Shown piece after piece: positions 26,615 to 35,588 of a stretch of 64,000 bases of DNA. Position 1 is the first letter of the stretch. Each line of letters begins with the position of its first letter. Location of the stretch: NCBI GenBank assembly GCA_022706685.1, contig JAKJCA010000002.1, positions 4,459-68,458 of the forward strand, read 5' to 3'. Under the pieces are notes generated by a model that was given only the letters and a program-made list of their open reading frames with translations, did not search any database and was not told the DNA's origin. A program made the position numbers and the translations under genes. This stretch comes from Bacillota bacterium (lineage in GTDB: Bacteria > Bacillota > Clostridia > Oscillospirales > Acutalibacteraceae).

Positions 26615-27778
26615 TCACCCGACTTTGAAAATAATTTCGATGATATTGAATTCCGGGTTTTCGATATAGGACACCGAAGCGGTGTTGATATCCTTCTTCG
26701 TCTGCTGGTCGGCCTGTTCGAGAATGTCGTAGATGCCGCCCTTTTCAAAAAGCCGGATGAGCGTGTCCGCGTAGAGGTCGCGGCCGGTGAACTTGATTTC
26801 CGCCCGCGTTTTGCCCGCGCCGGCCTCCCCGGCGATCGCGCGGGCGGTGCGCTGCTTTTCCTTGTCCCCGAAACGGTCGAACAGCAGGCCGGAGCGGACG
26901 AAGTAATTCTCCGCCGTCGCCGTGCATTTGTTGGCCGAGGAAAAATCCTTATGGGTGATGCCGATTTCCTCGTCGGTGAGGTTGAAATAGGTTCTGCGCG
27001 GTTCGTTGACGCCTTTTTCGTTGACGGGGTCGTTCCACGTCGCGTCAAGGTTGTACCAGTCGCCGCCGATGCGGATAACGTTCCACATGTGGCTTTGATA
27101 GGTTTCGGAGTTTGATTTGGACATGCCGGCGATGACATAGCAGTCGATGCCGGCTTTGTCCGCCAGGAGTTTAACGGCTTTCGCGTAACCCTCGCAGGTC
27201 GCCTTGCCGTCGATAAGCGAACCGTAAACCGTGTTTTCGATTTCGTCGCCGCTGCCGCTGTAAGAGCACTTTTCCACGACGGCGTCGTTGATGGCCAGCT
27301 CCGCCGTGAAGTCATCCGCGCCTTTCGGGATGCCCCGGATGATTTTGTCCGCGGCCGCCTCCACCTTGGCTTTCATCTCGGCGTACTGCGCGGCGTCGAG
27401 CAGAAAATCCGGGACGAAATAGCTTTTCAGCCCCTTGACGGTGATCGAACAGCTCCTGCCCAGGAAAAACAGCTGCGGGTTGTCGTAAAGGACGGCCTCA
27501 AAAACCGTGTTAAGTTCGTTTTGGCTCAGGTAAGGGACTTCGATGCTCTCGGCCATGCTTTCCGCGTTTTCGAGGATGTTGTTATAGGCCTGCTTCCCTT
27601 TGTTGTCGAGCTGCGAAAAATAATATTTGAAAGGACTCCCCGTTTTGGATTCGGCGACCGGCGTGTTGTCCCAGTCCCCCGAACCTCTCAGCAGCGAGGC
27701 AAGGTCAAAACCGCCGCAGGCGGCCAACCCGGCCGTCAGCGCGGCGCACAGCAGCAAGGCGAGCAGTTTTTTTGCCAT
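26615..27778 (-). CDS. Transglutaminase-like cysteine-protease-fold lipoprotein
   Basis: Lipobox LAACGG. Cys-His-Asp core blocks are [19 protein letters not shown] and YNLDATW. The start is ATG 27778 behind GGGGGAGG. Confidence 0.8.
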   Translation of the reverse strand: MAKKLLALLLCAALTAGLAACGGFDLASLLRGSGDWDNTPVAESKTGSPFKYYFSQLDNKGKQAYNNILENAESMAESIEVPYLSQNELNTVFEAVLYDNPQLFFLGRSCSITVKGLKSYFVPDFLLDAAQYAEMKAKVEAAADKIIRGIPKGADDFTAELAINDAVVEKCSYSGSGDEIENTVYGSLIDGKATCEGYAKAVKLLADKAGIDCYVIAGMSKSNSETYQSHMWNVIRIGGDWYNLDATWNDPVNEKGVNEPRRTYFNLTDEEIGITHKDFSSANKCTATAENYFVRSGLLFDRFGDKEKQRTARAIAGEAGAGKTRAEIKFTGRDLYADTLIRLFEKGGIYDILEQADQQTKKDINTASVSYIENPEFNIIEIIFKVG

Positions 27779-27792
27779 AAGCCTCCCCCTTT

Positions 27793-28671
27793 TCATGGTT
27801 TCAGCTCGGCGGCGGACCGCACGGCCTTCACGCGGATGTCCGCCCCTCTGGAAACAATATAATCCGAACAGTTTTTGAAATCAACTATCGAGATGTCCGA
27901 TTCCATGTTGTTGATGGCCGAGGTGAAGCGCTCGAGCGCGTCTCCCTTCGCCGCTTTGGGCAGAAAACTGCCGATCATGGCGGTGATTAAGTCTCCGGCG
28001 GTGTTCGCGCCTTCCGCGCCCCCGAGGGCGCAGTATTTGAAATATTTCAGCAGCGTGTCGCCTTTAAGTACGGTTTCGCCCGGGGAGAGCACCAGCAAAA
28101 AGTCCTCGCTTTTGTAGTGCAGCGCTTCTTTAACCGTGATTTTCAGCCCGCCGAAACTGTTGACGATGGTTCTGAAACCGGCGCCCGTCGACCCGGCGTA
28201 GCGGTCGAAGCGGAGGCCCAGCGCCTTTTCGGCGGCAAGGGCCAGCGAGCGGCTGCCGCCCCGCGCGAAATGCGCCGCGTAACTTTCTTTTCTGCCCTCC
28301 GAAACGACGGCGGCGGACGGGTCGAGCGCGAGTACCGTCACGCTGCCGTCGTCCGCGTCCGCGTGCGCCGCCGCGGCGAATACCAGGCGTTCGCCCGCGG
28401 GTTCGTAGCAATACAGCAGAATATCCGCGCTGCCGCTGAGTTTGACGGGTTCGGCGGAGGTTTCCATCGTGGAAGGGGCGGTGCTTTCGCGCTGTTCGAA
28501 CAGGCGGAAAAAACCGGATTTGCCGCCGAGAGTCACCGCGACGGAAAGCGTGGCGACGGCCGCGAAAGCGGCGGCAAAAACGAGCAGCAGCTTTCTTGTC
28601 CGGCTCTTTTGTTCGCTCCGGCTGGTCTTGAACCGGAGCCTTCCGGATTTACGCACGGCTTTCGCCTCCAT
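27793..28671 (-). CDS. Membrane-anchored LytR-CpsA-Psr (LCP)-like protein
   Basis: N-terminal TM segment. The segment GGSRSLALAAEKALGLRFDRYAGSTGAGFRTIVNSFGGLKITV resembles the LCP core. The assignment is from memory only. Confidence 0.45.
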   Translation of the reverse strand: MEAKAVRKSGRLRFKTSRSEQKSRTRKLLLVFAAAFAAVATLSVAVTLGGKSGFFRLFEQRESTAPSTMETSAEPVKLSGSADILLYCYEPAGERLVFAAAAHADADDGSVTVLALDPSAAVVSEGRKESYAAHFARGGSRSLALAAEKALGLRFDRYAGSTGAGFRTIVNSFGGLKITVKEALHYKSEDFLLVLSPGETVLKGDTLLKYFKYCALGGAEGANTAGDLITAMIGSFLPKAAKGDALERFTSAINNMESDISIVDFKNCSDYIVSRGADIRVKAVRSAAELKP

Positions 28672-30535
28672 CCTGCCTGTCGAGTTCGATGATCATGGCG
28701 CTGTACGGTCCGCAAAAAACCCTGCCGTTTTCGACGCTGCCCCCGCCCGCCATGAGGACGTTGCACCCGCCGCACTCCGGCAGGCCGAAAGCGCGAACGC
28801 TGTCCGAGCAGTTGGCGGCGACGAGCAGTTTCTGCCGCGGGCACGCCCGCGTAAAGGCGCCGAAATCTCCGTCGGCAAACACGGGCTCAAAATCTCCGTC
28901 GGCAAACGCGGGGCTGTTGACGCGGATGCTGCCCAGCAGCCTGTAATGCTCCAGCAGGCCCTCGTCCTCCGCGCCCCAGGGGTAACAACGGCGGTTGTAC
29001 GGGTCGTGCCCTCCCTCGAGCCCCGCCTCGTCGCCGTAATAAACGCAGGGCACGCCCGGCAGCGAATATTGCAGCGTCGACGCCAGCCGCATCAGTTTCA
29101 GCCCCCGTTCGCGCTGCGCCGCGGTCAGCGTCCCCTTTTCCCTGAAACGCGCGCCGGGCGGCCCGGGATCGCCCGCGGCCAGGCGGGTCAGCGCGCGCAC
29201 CGTGTCGTGCGTGCCGATATGGTTCATCAGCGTGTCGACGCATTCGGCCGGATAGGTTTCGATAATATCCTGTATTGCGTTGAAAAACGCCTGCGCCCCC
29301 GAACCGGCGATAAAGGCGAAAACGGCGTTGCAGAAAGGATAGTTCATCACCGAATCCAGCTGGCCTCCCAGCAGGTACCGGCGCGTTTTCCCGTAACTCG
29401 TTTTGTTCGACGCGTTTTCCCAGACTTCGCCGAGAATCAGGGCATCCGGGTCCGTGCTCTTGACGGCGCGGCGGAAGCCGTCGAGGAAGGCGTCGGGCAG
29501 TTCGTCCGCCACGTCGAGGCGCCAGCCGCGCGCCCCCCTGCGCAGCCACGAGGCCGCAATCCCTTCGGGCGCGTTGACAAACCGCATGAACGAGGGGCTT
29601 TCCTCGTTGATTTCGGGTAAGATGTCGACGTTCCACCAGCATTTGTAGCGGTCGGGCCAATGCTCGAAGCGATACCATTCGTAATACGGCGAGCTTTGCG
29701 ACTGGCAGGCCCCTAAGCCAGGGTAACGGCCGTATTTGTTAAAATAGACGCTGTCGTCGCCCGTATGGCTGAACACGCCGTCGAGGATGACGGCCATCCC
29801 CCGTTTCGCCGCCTCGGCGCACAATCTTTCGAAATCCGCCGTATCGCCCAGCAGCGGGTCGATTTTTTCATAGTCGGCGGTGTCGTAGCGATGGGGGGAA
29901 TGCGCCTCGAACACCGGGTTGAGGTAGATGCAGCCGACGCCGAGTTCCTCCAGGCGGCCGAGATGCGCTATGATGCCGTCGAAATTGCCCCCGAAATAGT
30001 CTGACCGGCTGACCCGCCCCTTTTCATCGGGGTCCCAGAGCGGTTCCCCGCCCCAGTCGCCGCGCACCGTCCGGCCGTCCGGTACCTCCGCGGGATCTTT
30101 CCCGCGCGCAAAACGGTCGGGGAATATCTGGTACATGATCGAGCCTTTCAGCCAGTCCGGCGTGCGGAAATCCGCCCGGCAGACAGTCAGCTGCCACTCG
30201 CCGCCTTCCCCGGAGAGCATCCCGAGCCCCGCATCGCTCTGCGTGACCCGGCCGTTTCCGGAAGCCGCCGTATAAGCGAAACTGTAATAATACAGCCCTT
30301 CCGTCCCGGGCGTATAGGCGGCGCGCCACCACTCCTCGCCGCCGCCCTGCATGGCTTCCCAGCTCAAGGGCAGGTTTTCGGCGAAACCGTCCGGGCCGCG
30401 GACGGCCAGCGTGACGCCGGTGACGCCCATGCTGCGGGGGAAAATGAGCCGGAACAGCGTCGCGCTGCCTGCGCGCGCCGCGCCGACGGGCGATTTATGG
30501 TACGGCTTTCTGGAGTTGAAGGGTATATATTGCAT
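28649..30535 (-). CDS. GH13 alpha-amylase-family enzyme (neopullulanase/cyclomaltodextrinase-like, cytoplasmic)
   Basis: GH13 regions: IYLNPVFEAHSPHRYD, GWRLDVADE, ILGEVWE and NHIGTHD. Confidence 0.9.
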   Translation of the reverse strand: MQYIPFNSRKPYHKSPVGAARAGSATLFRLIFPRSMGVTGVTLAVRGPDGFAENLPLSWEAMQGGGEEWWRAAYTPGTEGLYYYSFAYTAASGNGRVTQSDAGLGMLSGEGGEWQLTVCRADFRTPDWLKGSIMYQIFPDRFARGKDPAEVPDGRTVRGDWGGEPLWDPDEKGRVSRSDYFGGNFDGIIAHLGRLEELGVGCIYLNPVFEAHSPHRYDTADYEKIDPLLGDTADFERLCAEAAKRGMAVILDGVFSHTGDDSVYFNKYGRYPGLGACQSQSSPYYEWYRFEHWPDRYKCWWNVDILPEINEESPSFMRFVNAPEGIAASWLRRGARGWRLDVADELPDAFLDGFRRAVKSTDPDALILGEVWENASNKTSYGKTRRYLLGGQLDSVMNYPFCNAVFAFIAGSGAQAFFNAIQDIIETYPAECVDTLMNHIGTHDTVRALTRLAAGDPGPPGARFREKGTLTAAQRERGLKLMRLASTLQYSLPGVPCVYYGDEAGLEGGHDPYNRRCYPWGAEDEGLLEHYRLLGSIRVNSPAFADGDFEPVFADGDFGAFTRACPRQKLLVAANCSDSVRAFGLPECGGCNVLMAGGGSVENGRVFCGPYSAMIIELDRQDGGESRA

Positions 30536-30550
30536 GCGTTTCTCCGGTGC

Positions 30551-30775
30551 TTAACCCGCCGGAGCGGAAGAAATGTTCAGCAGCACGTCGGTCAGGATAA
30601 AACCGATCAGGAACAGCAGAATAATGCCGGCGATAAAAAGCAGCAGCCGGACGGTTTTCCGCCGGCGGACGATGTCGGCGTAACTCGGGCGGTGAAAACC
30701 GAGGCTGTCGGGATAAACCCGCGAAAAATCGGTCACGGCGTCGGGGTCCGTATCCCGTTTAATCTTCCTTTTCAT
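30551..30775 (-). CDS. Small single-pass membrane protein (74 aa)
   Basis: One hydrophobic helix (LLLFIAGIILLFLIGFILTDVLL). It lies 24 nt downstream of the RnfA-like gene on the same strand. Confidence 0.45.
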   Translation of the reverse strand: MKRKIKRDTDPDAVTDFSRVYPDSLGFHRPSYADIVRRRKTVRLLLFIAGIILLFLIGFILTDVLLNISSAPAG

Positions 30776-30799
30776 CTTCGTGTCACCCGCCTTTCACGG

Positions 30800-31393
30800 T
30801 CAGGAGAAAAACCGGCCGCCGGAAAAACCGCTGAGCGCCAGCGCGAGCAGCGCCACATAGACGAACATTACCGGCGTGCCGCGGAAGGCGCGCGGTACAT
30901 GCTTGTTTTTTGCGAGTGTTTTCAGCCCGGCGTTGATGAGCGCGACCGCGAGGATGAAAGCCAGCCCGGAGCCCAGGCCCGTGCCGACGCTGTCTGCGAG
31001 GCTGCCCGCCGCGCCGCGGTTCATCAGCGGCAGGGCGAGAACAAGGGAGTTGAGCGCGGCGATGCCCGCCGTCGTCAGGAAACGGCGCGACGCTTTCAGC
31101 CCGAAGCGCAGCGCGCAGGCCGTCAGCAGGTAAACCGCCGTGAGCACCCCCGTAAACACCGCGGTATGCGCGGCCCAGCCCAGGGCGCCGACGGCCGGGA
31201 TATCGTCGAGCAAACGGCAGGCGGCCGAGGTTAAAATCGAGAAATAAGAGATAAAACCCGCAAACAAAATCAGCCGCCGCGGCGTCAGCGCGGTCCGTAT
31301 CGCTTCGGTGGACCCGAACCCGCCGCTGAACAGCAGGTTTTGGATGAATACCGCGTACACGGCGGCGCTCAGCAGGTCAAAAAACCAGCTCAC
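30800..31393 (-). CDS. RnfA/NqrE-family membrane protein (divergent)
   Basis: The C-terminal block VPRAFRGTPVMFVYVALLALALSGFSG matches the RnfA-type ending. It has 6 hydrophobic helices. Its GTG start overlaps the TGA of the upstream gene (GTGA). Confidence 0.75.
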   Translation of the reverse strand: MSWFFDLLSAAVYAVFIQNLLFSGGFGSTEAIRTALTPRRLILFAGFISYFSILTSAACRLLDDIPAVGALGWAAHTAVFTGVLTAVYLLTACALRFGLKASRRFLTTAGIAALNSLVLALPLMNRGAAGSLADSVGTGLGSGLAFILAVALINAGLKTLAKNKHVPRAFRGTPVMFVYVALLALALSGFSGGRFFS

Positions 31394-32463
31394 GGGGTTT
31401 CACCCCCTTCGCCGGGTTCTGGAGCGGCGTCCGTTGCTTCCCGGCCGGCATGTTCCGGAGCGGCGGCAGAACCGTCCGCATCGCTTTCCTCGGATAGGGC
31501 GGCGTTGTCTGTTTCGGCGGCCGGCAGCGCGGCGGTTTCCGTTTCGTCCCCGCCGGGAGGTTCCCAGGCTTTGACCTTGAAACCCCGGCCGCTGCCGCCG
31601 GGTCCGTCCGGGCATTCCGGCGGTTCGTCGGGCGCGGCGGCTTCCTGTTCCGGCTCCCCGTAACCGCCGGGTTCGCCTTCCGGCAATTCTTCCCGGGCGG
31701 GAGCCGGCTCCGCGGCCGTTTCGGGGACCGCTTCCGGCGGCGCTTCGGGTTCGGCCGTGGGTAAGGGGGGCTGAACCGGTGCAGGCGGCGGGATGACGGG
31801 CTCGGCCGCCGCGGAAAGGTCGAACGTGATGTCTTTCAGCGCGCCGCGCAGGACGAAGTGCCGCGCAACTGTTCCGCGGTGCAGCGCCGCGAGAAAACCG
31901 AGGGCCAGAAAGCCGCCGAACGGCAGCAGGAGGCCGGGCGCGAAATAAACGGAGGTCACCGTACGGCCCCAAAGGGTTCCGCTGCCCGCCAGTTCGCGGA
32001 CGAACGCCACCGCGATGACGACGGCGGAGTAGCCCGTGCTTTCGGCGGCGGCGACGTAAAAGGACCTTTTCAGCGGGCAGCTGACAAACGTTTTTTCGCT
32101 GCGTACGGAAATCAGCGAACTGACGGCCAGCAGCGCCAGATAAATCCCGACCTGGGAAAGCAGCGATTCCGCGCGGGTTTCAAGGATATAGCCGGCAGGG
32201 CAGACCGCCGCCAGGGCGACGAGCACATAAGCGGGCATTCTCAGCCAGCGCGGGAGCCTTTTGAGCAGAAAATGCGCGGCGAGCAGGTTGAGCATCATCC
32301 CCGCCGTGAGGGCGGCCGAGAGCACGAGCCCAGCCTTCAGCGAAACGGCGCCGCCCGCAATCGGGCAAAGGCCCAGCGCCTGGACCAGCACCGGGTTTTG
32401 CAGAAAGGCGCGGTTGAGCATGACGGCGGAGAAACGCTCTGCGGCCTTGTTGTCAGACGGCAT
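31390..32463 (-). CDS. RnfE/NqrD-family membrane protein with a C-terminal extension of about 140 aa rich in Pro, Glu and Ala
   Basis: FLQNPVLVQALGLCPIAGG and ELAGSGTLWG match RnfE blocks. The start is ATG 32463. The tail from about aa 215 is low-complexity (EPVIPPPAPVQPPLPTAEPEAPPEAVPETAAEP...). Confidence 0.75.
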   Translation of the reverse strand: MPSDNKAAERFSAVMLNRAFLQNPVLVQALGLCPIAGGAVSLKAGLVLSAALTAGMMLNLLAAHFLLKRLPRWLRMPAYVLVALAAVCPAGYILETRAESLLSQVGIYLALLAVSSLISVRSEKTFVSCPLKRSFYVAAAESTGYSAVVIAVAFVRELAGSGTLWGRTVTSVYFAPGLLLPFGGFLALGFLAALHRGTVARHFVLRGALKDITFDLSAAAEPVIPPPAPVQPPLPTAEPEAPPEAVPETAAEPAPAREELPEGEPGGYGEPEQEAAAPDEPPECPDGPGGSGRGFKVKAWEPPGGDETETAALPAAETDNAALSEESDADGSAAAPEHAGREATDAAPEPGEGGETP

Positions 32464-33430
32464 GGCCGGCGCCTCCCTTCCTGATGCCTTTCCCCGCCAA
32501 ACCGGCGAACCGGCCGCGCAGGCCGAAGCGGCCCGCGATGTCCGGCAGGGGGAACGCCGAAAAAGCGTTGGCAATGAGCACGGCGAAAAAGACGCCCTCC
32601 TCCGCGGCGCCGAAACGCCTGAGCAGCATGCAGACGACGCCCGCGAAAATACCGTAAACGAAACCCGACGCGCGCCCCGAAGGGGCCGAAGCCGGGTCGG
32701 GCAGCAGAAAGACGGCCGCAAAGACCATCGCGCCGGAACTCAGTTCCATCGCGACCGAAGTCAGGCGCCCCGCATACACCCGCGGGAAAAGCGCCGCCAT
32801 GGCCGCGCAGGCCGCCAGAAAACCGAGCGGCGCCCAGAGCGCCTTGCGCCGCCGGATAAGGAAGTAGGCCGAACATGCCAGCAGCACGGCGATGCAGCCC
32901 GTGCCCATCGGGCCGGGGTAATTGCCCAGCACCAGGTCAAAAAAATTAAGGGGATTGAGCCGGATGGAACTCTTGACCTGCAGCATCGCGGCGACGCTGA
33001 CGCCGCCGTAGGAAAAGACCTTTTGCGGCCAGCTGACGCACAAAAAAGCCAAACCCGCCGCGGCGGGGACAAACGGGGCGTGCATGGCGCCGCCGAACGG
33101 CAGTTTGGCGGCGCAAACCGCGAAAACCGAGCCCGCGGCGGCAAGCAGAGGCGAGGCGCCGGCCGGCAGCATCAGGGCGATCGCGGCGCCGGTAAACACG
33201 GCGCTCAGGTCGCGCACCGTCGTCTGCCCTCCTTTAAGCAGCAGGGCCCCGAGCGCTTCGCAGGCGACCGCCGACGCGACGGCCACGGCGATCAAAACGG
33301 CCGCCTCGATACGGTACAGCGCGACCGCCATAAAAACCGGCCCCGACAGCATAATCAGGCCGTCGGTATAATAGCGCCGCGCCGCGGCGGCGTCGGGCGC
33401 CAAAGCTGCTTTTTTTTCAGGCTCGGGCAT
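32453..33430 (-). CDS. RnfD/NqrB-family membrane protein (divergent)
   Basis: RDLSAVFTGAAIALMLPAGASP...AAKLPFGG and GPMGTGCIAVLLACSAYFLIRR match RnfD blocks. The start is ATG 33430, 5 nt after GGAGG. Confidence 0.75.
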   Translation of the reverse strand: MPEPEKKAALAPDAAAARRYYTDGLIMLSGPVFMAVALYRIEAAVLIAVAVASAVACEALGALLLKGGQTTVRDLSAVFTGAAIALMLPAGASPLLAAAGSVFAVCAAKLPFGGAMHAPFVPAAAGLAFLCVSWPQKVFSYGGVSVAAMLQVKSSIRLNPLNFFDLVLGNYPGPMGTGCIAVLLACSAYFLIRRRKALWAPLGFLAACAAMAALFPRVYAGRLTSVAMELSSGAMVFAAVFLLPDPASAPSGRASGFVYGIFAGVVCMLLRRFGAAEEGVFFAVLIANAFSAFPLPDIAGRFGLRGRFAGLAGKGIRKGGAGHAV

Positions 33431-34121
33431 GTCCGCCTCCGGCATCGGCGATGGCGCCGAGATATTTTTCCTGCGCGGCCGCGCGCAGCCGCGCGATGGT
33501 GCCTGCCGGGTCCGCCGAACGGAACACAGCGCTGCCGGCGACGATGACGTTCGCCCCGGCGGCCGCGACGGTCCCAACGTTTTGCGCGTTGATGCCGCCG
33601 TCGGCCTCAATGTCCGTATCGAGGCCCCTTGTGAGGCATTCCCGGCGTATGGTTTTGATTTTCTCCAGGGTATAATCGAGCATCTGCTGGCCGCCGAAAC
33701 CCGGTTCGACAGTCATCACCAGCACCATGCCGACTTTGTCGAGATAAGGAAAAACCGCTTCGGCCGGCGTCGCCGGCTTGATGCATACCGAGGGCACGCA
33801 GCCGCAGCGCCCGATGAGCGCGATGGTTTCATCCGCCGGCGAGGAGGCCTCCAGGTTGAACGTGATGATATCGGCGCCCGCCAGGGCGAAATCCTCGATG
33901 AAATCCAGCGGCCGGCTGATCATCAGATGGGTGTCGAAACCGGCCTGCGTATAACCCCGCAGGCTCCTGACGACGTCCGCCCCGAACGTGATGTTCGGCA
34001 CGAAGTGCCCGTCCATCACGTCGAGGTGAATCAGGTCGCTGCCCCAGCGGTCGAGGTTTGCGACTTCTTCGCCCATCCGTGAAAAATCCCCCGCAAGCAG
34101 GGACGGCGCGATTTTGATCAT
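33417..34121 (-). CDS. rpe: Ribulose-phosphate 3-epimerase
   Basis: Blocks IAPSLLAGDF, HLDVMDGHFVPN, MTVEPGFGGQ and DGGIN. Confidence 0.95.
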   Translation of the reverse strand: MIKIAPSLLAGDFSRMGEEVANLDRWGSDLIHLDVMDGHFVPNITFGADVVRSLRGYTQAGFDTHLMISRPLDFIEDFALAGADIITFNLEASSPADETIALIGRCGCVPSVCIKPATPAEAVFPYLDKVGMVLVMTVEPGFGGQQMLDYTLEKIKTIRRECLTRGLDTDIEADGGINAQNVGTVAAAGANVIVAGSAVFRSADPAGTIARLRAAAQEKYLGAIADAGGGHARA

Positions 34122-34152
34122 GGGAGCGGCCTCCGAACCGTGCGGCCGTATA

Positions 34153-35394
34153 TCAATAGCCGCCGAGATATTCCTCCTGGGCTTTTGTCAGGGTGTCGAT
34201 GCTGCGGCCCCAGAAACCGAGTTTCATGCGCGCAACGCGCTCGTCTATTTCCGCCGGCACGTTGAGCAGGCGGCCGCCTTTCAGCGTCCCCGCGTTCGCG
34301 GCGAGGTAGCGGGCGCTGAGCGCCTGGATGGCGAAGCTCATATCCATGATTTCGGCGGGGTGGCCGTCGCCGGCGCAGATGTTGACCAGCCGGCCCTGCG
34401 CGATCACGAAGATTTTCCGCCCGTTTTCAAGCGTGTAACCCGCGATGTTCGGCTTGTCGGCCGTCTTTTCGCGGCAGATTTTTTCCAGCGCGGCGACGTC
34501 GACCTCGACGTCGAAATGGCCGGCGTTGCAGAGGATGGCCCCGTCTTTCAGCAGGGGGAAATGCCTTTCGCTTATGACGTCCCGGCAGCCGGTCGCCGTG
34601 ATGAAAAGGTCGCCTTTTTGCGCCGCGTCGTCCATGGTCATGACCTCGAAACCGTCCATGACTGCCTCGACGGCTTTGACGGCGTCGATTTCCGTAATGA
34701 CCACGCGAGCGCCGAGCCCTTTGGCGCGCAGGGCGATGCCTTTTCCGCACCAGCCGTAACCGGCGACGACGACCGTCTTGCCCGCGACGATGAGGTTGGT
34801 CGTGCGGTTGATGCCGTCCCAGACCGACTGGCCGGTGCCGTAGCGGTTGTCGAACAGGTACTTGCAGCGCGCGTCGTTGACGGCGATCATCGGGAACTTC
34901 AGTTCCCCTGCCTTCTCCATCGCTTTCAGGCGCATGATGCCCGTCGTCGTCTCCTCGCAGCCGCCCGAAACGCCGGGCAGCAGGGAGGCGTATTTGCCGT
35001 GGATCAGGTTCACCAGGTCGCCGCCGTCGTCGATGATGATGTTCGGCCCGGGCGCGATGACCCTTTCGAGCTGCTGTTCGTAAACGCCCTGCGGGGGGTC
35101 GTGGACGGCGAAGACGTTGAGTCCCCGCGCGGCCAGGGCCGCCGCGACGTCGTCCTGGGTCGAAAGGGGATTGCTGCCCGTGATATACATTTCGGCCCCG
35201 CCCGCGGTGAGCACCTCGCAAAGGTAGGCGGTTTTCGCCTCCAGATGCACCGAAAGCGCAATTTTCAGGCCCGCAAACGGCTTTTCGGCCGTAAACTCCC
35301 GCTCCAGGGCGCCGAGCAGCGGCATGTTGCGCCGGACCCAGTCGATCTTTTTTCTGCCGTCCGGGGCGAGGGTGATATCTTTGATTTCGTTCAT
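34153..35394 (-). CDS. ahcY: Adenosylhomocysteinase
   Basis: 413 aa with blocks HLEAKTA, GPNIIIDDGGD, EETTTG, NDARCKYLFDNRYGTGQS and the NAD fold VVVAGYGWCGKG. Confidence 0.95.
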   Translation of the reverse strand: MNEIKDITLAPDGRKKIDWVRRNMPLLGALEREFTAEKPFAGLKIALSVHLEAKTAYLCEVLTAGGAEMYITGSNPLSTQDDVAAALAARGLNVFAVHDPPQGVYEQQLERVIAPGPNIIIDDGGDLVNLIHGKYASLLPGVSGGCEETTTGIMRLKAMEKAGELKFPMIAVNDARCKYLFDNRYGTGQSVWDGINRTTNLIVAGKTVVVAGYGWCGKGIALRAKGLGARVVITEIDAVKAVEAVMDGFEVMTMDDAAQKGDLFITATGCRDVISERHFPLLKDGAILCNAGHFDVEVDVAALEKICREKTADKPNIAGYTLENGRKIFVIAQGRLVNICAGDGHPAEIMDMSFAIQALSARYLAANAGTLKGGRLLNVPAEIDERVARMKLGFWGRSIDTLTKAQEEYLGGY

Positions 35395-35451
35395 AACCGG
35401 CCACCTTTTGCTTAAGGGCAGTCCCGGCGCTTTGCGCCCGTATGCCCGTAA

Positions 35452-35480
35452 AATATACCATATCGGCCTGCCGATTACAA
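35452..35480 (-). promoter_or_regulatory. Sigma-A-type promoter upstream of ahcY
   Basis: On the minus strand: TTGTAA (35480-35475), a 17-nt spacer, then TATATT (35457-35452) preceded by TGg (extended -10). Confidence 0.45.
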
Positions 35481-35588
35481 GGAAGCGGCCGCCCTCCGGC
35501 GGCGTGTGAAACCGCGGTGCTGACCGGCCGCGGTTGTATAAACAGAACCTTTGATATAGAATAATAAAACATTCCCAAGGAGGTTTTC

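Noticed and set aside
26581-27315. N-terminal extension of the 432-aa ORF that contains folE
   Set aside because: The upstream 245 residues are Ser/Thr/Arg/Pro-rich and overlap the transglutaminase-like gene out of frame. GTP cyclohydrolase I starts at ATG 26580.
35395-35588. Possible SAH riboswitch upstream of ahcY
   Set aside because: The transcribed leader after the predicted promoter is only about 50 nt, with one small hairpin. That is too short, and it lacks the pseudoknotted architecture I associate with SAH riboswitches. The CCGCGG palindrome at about 35511-35535 lies upstream of the promoter.
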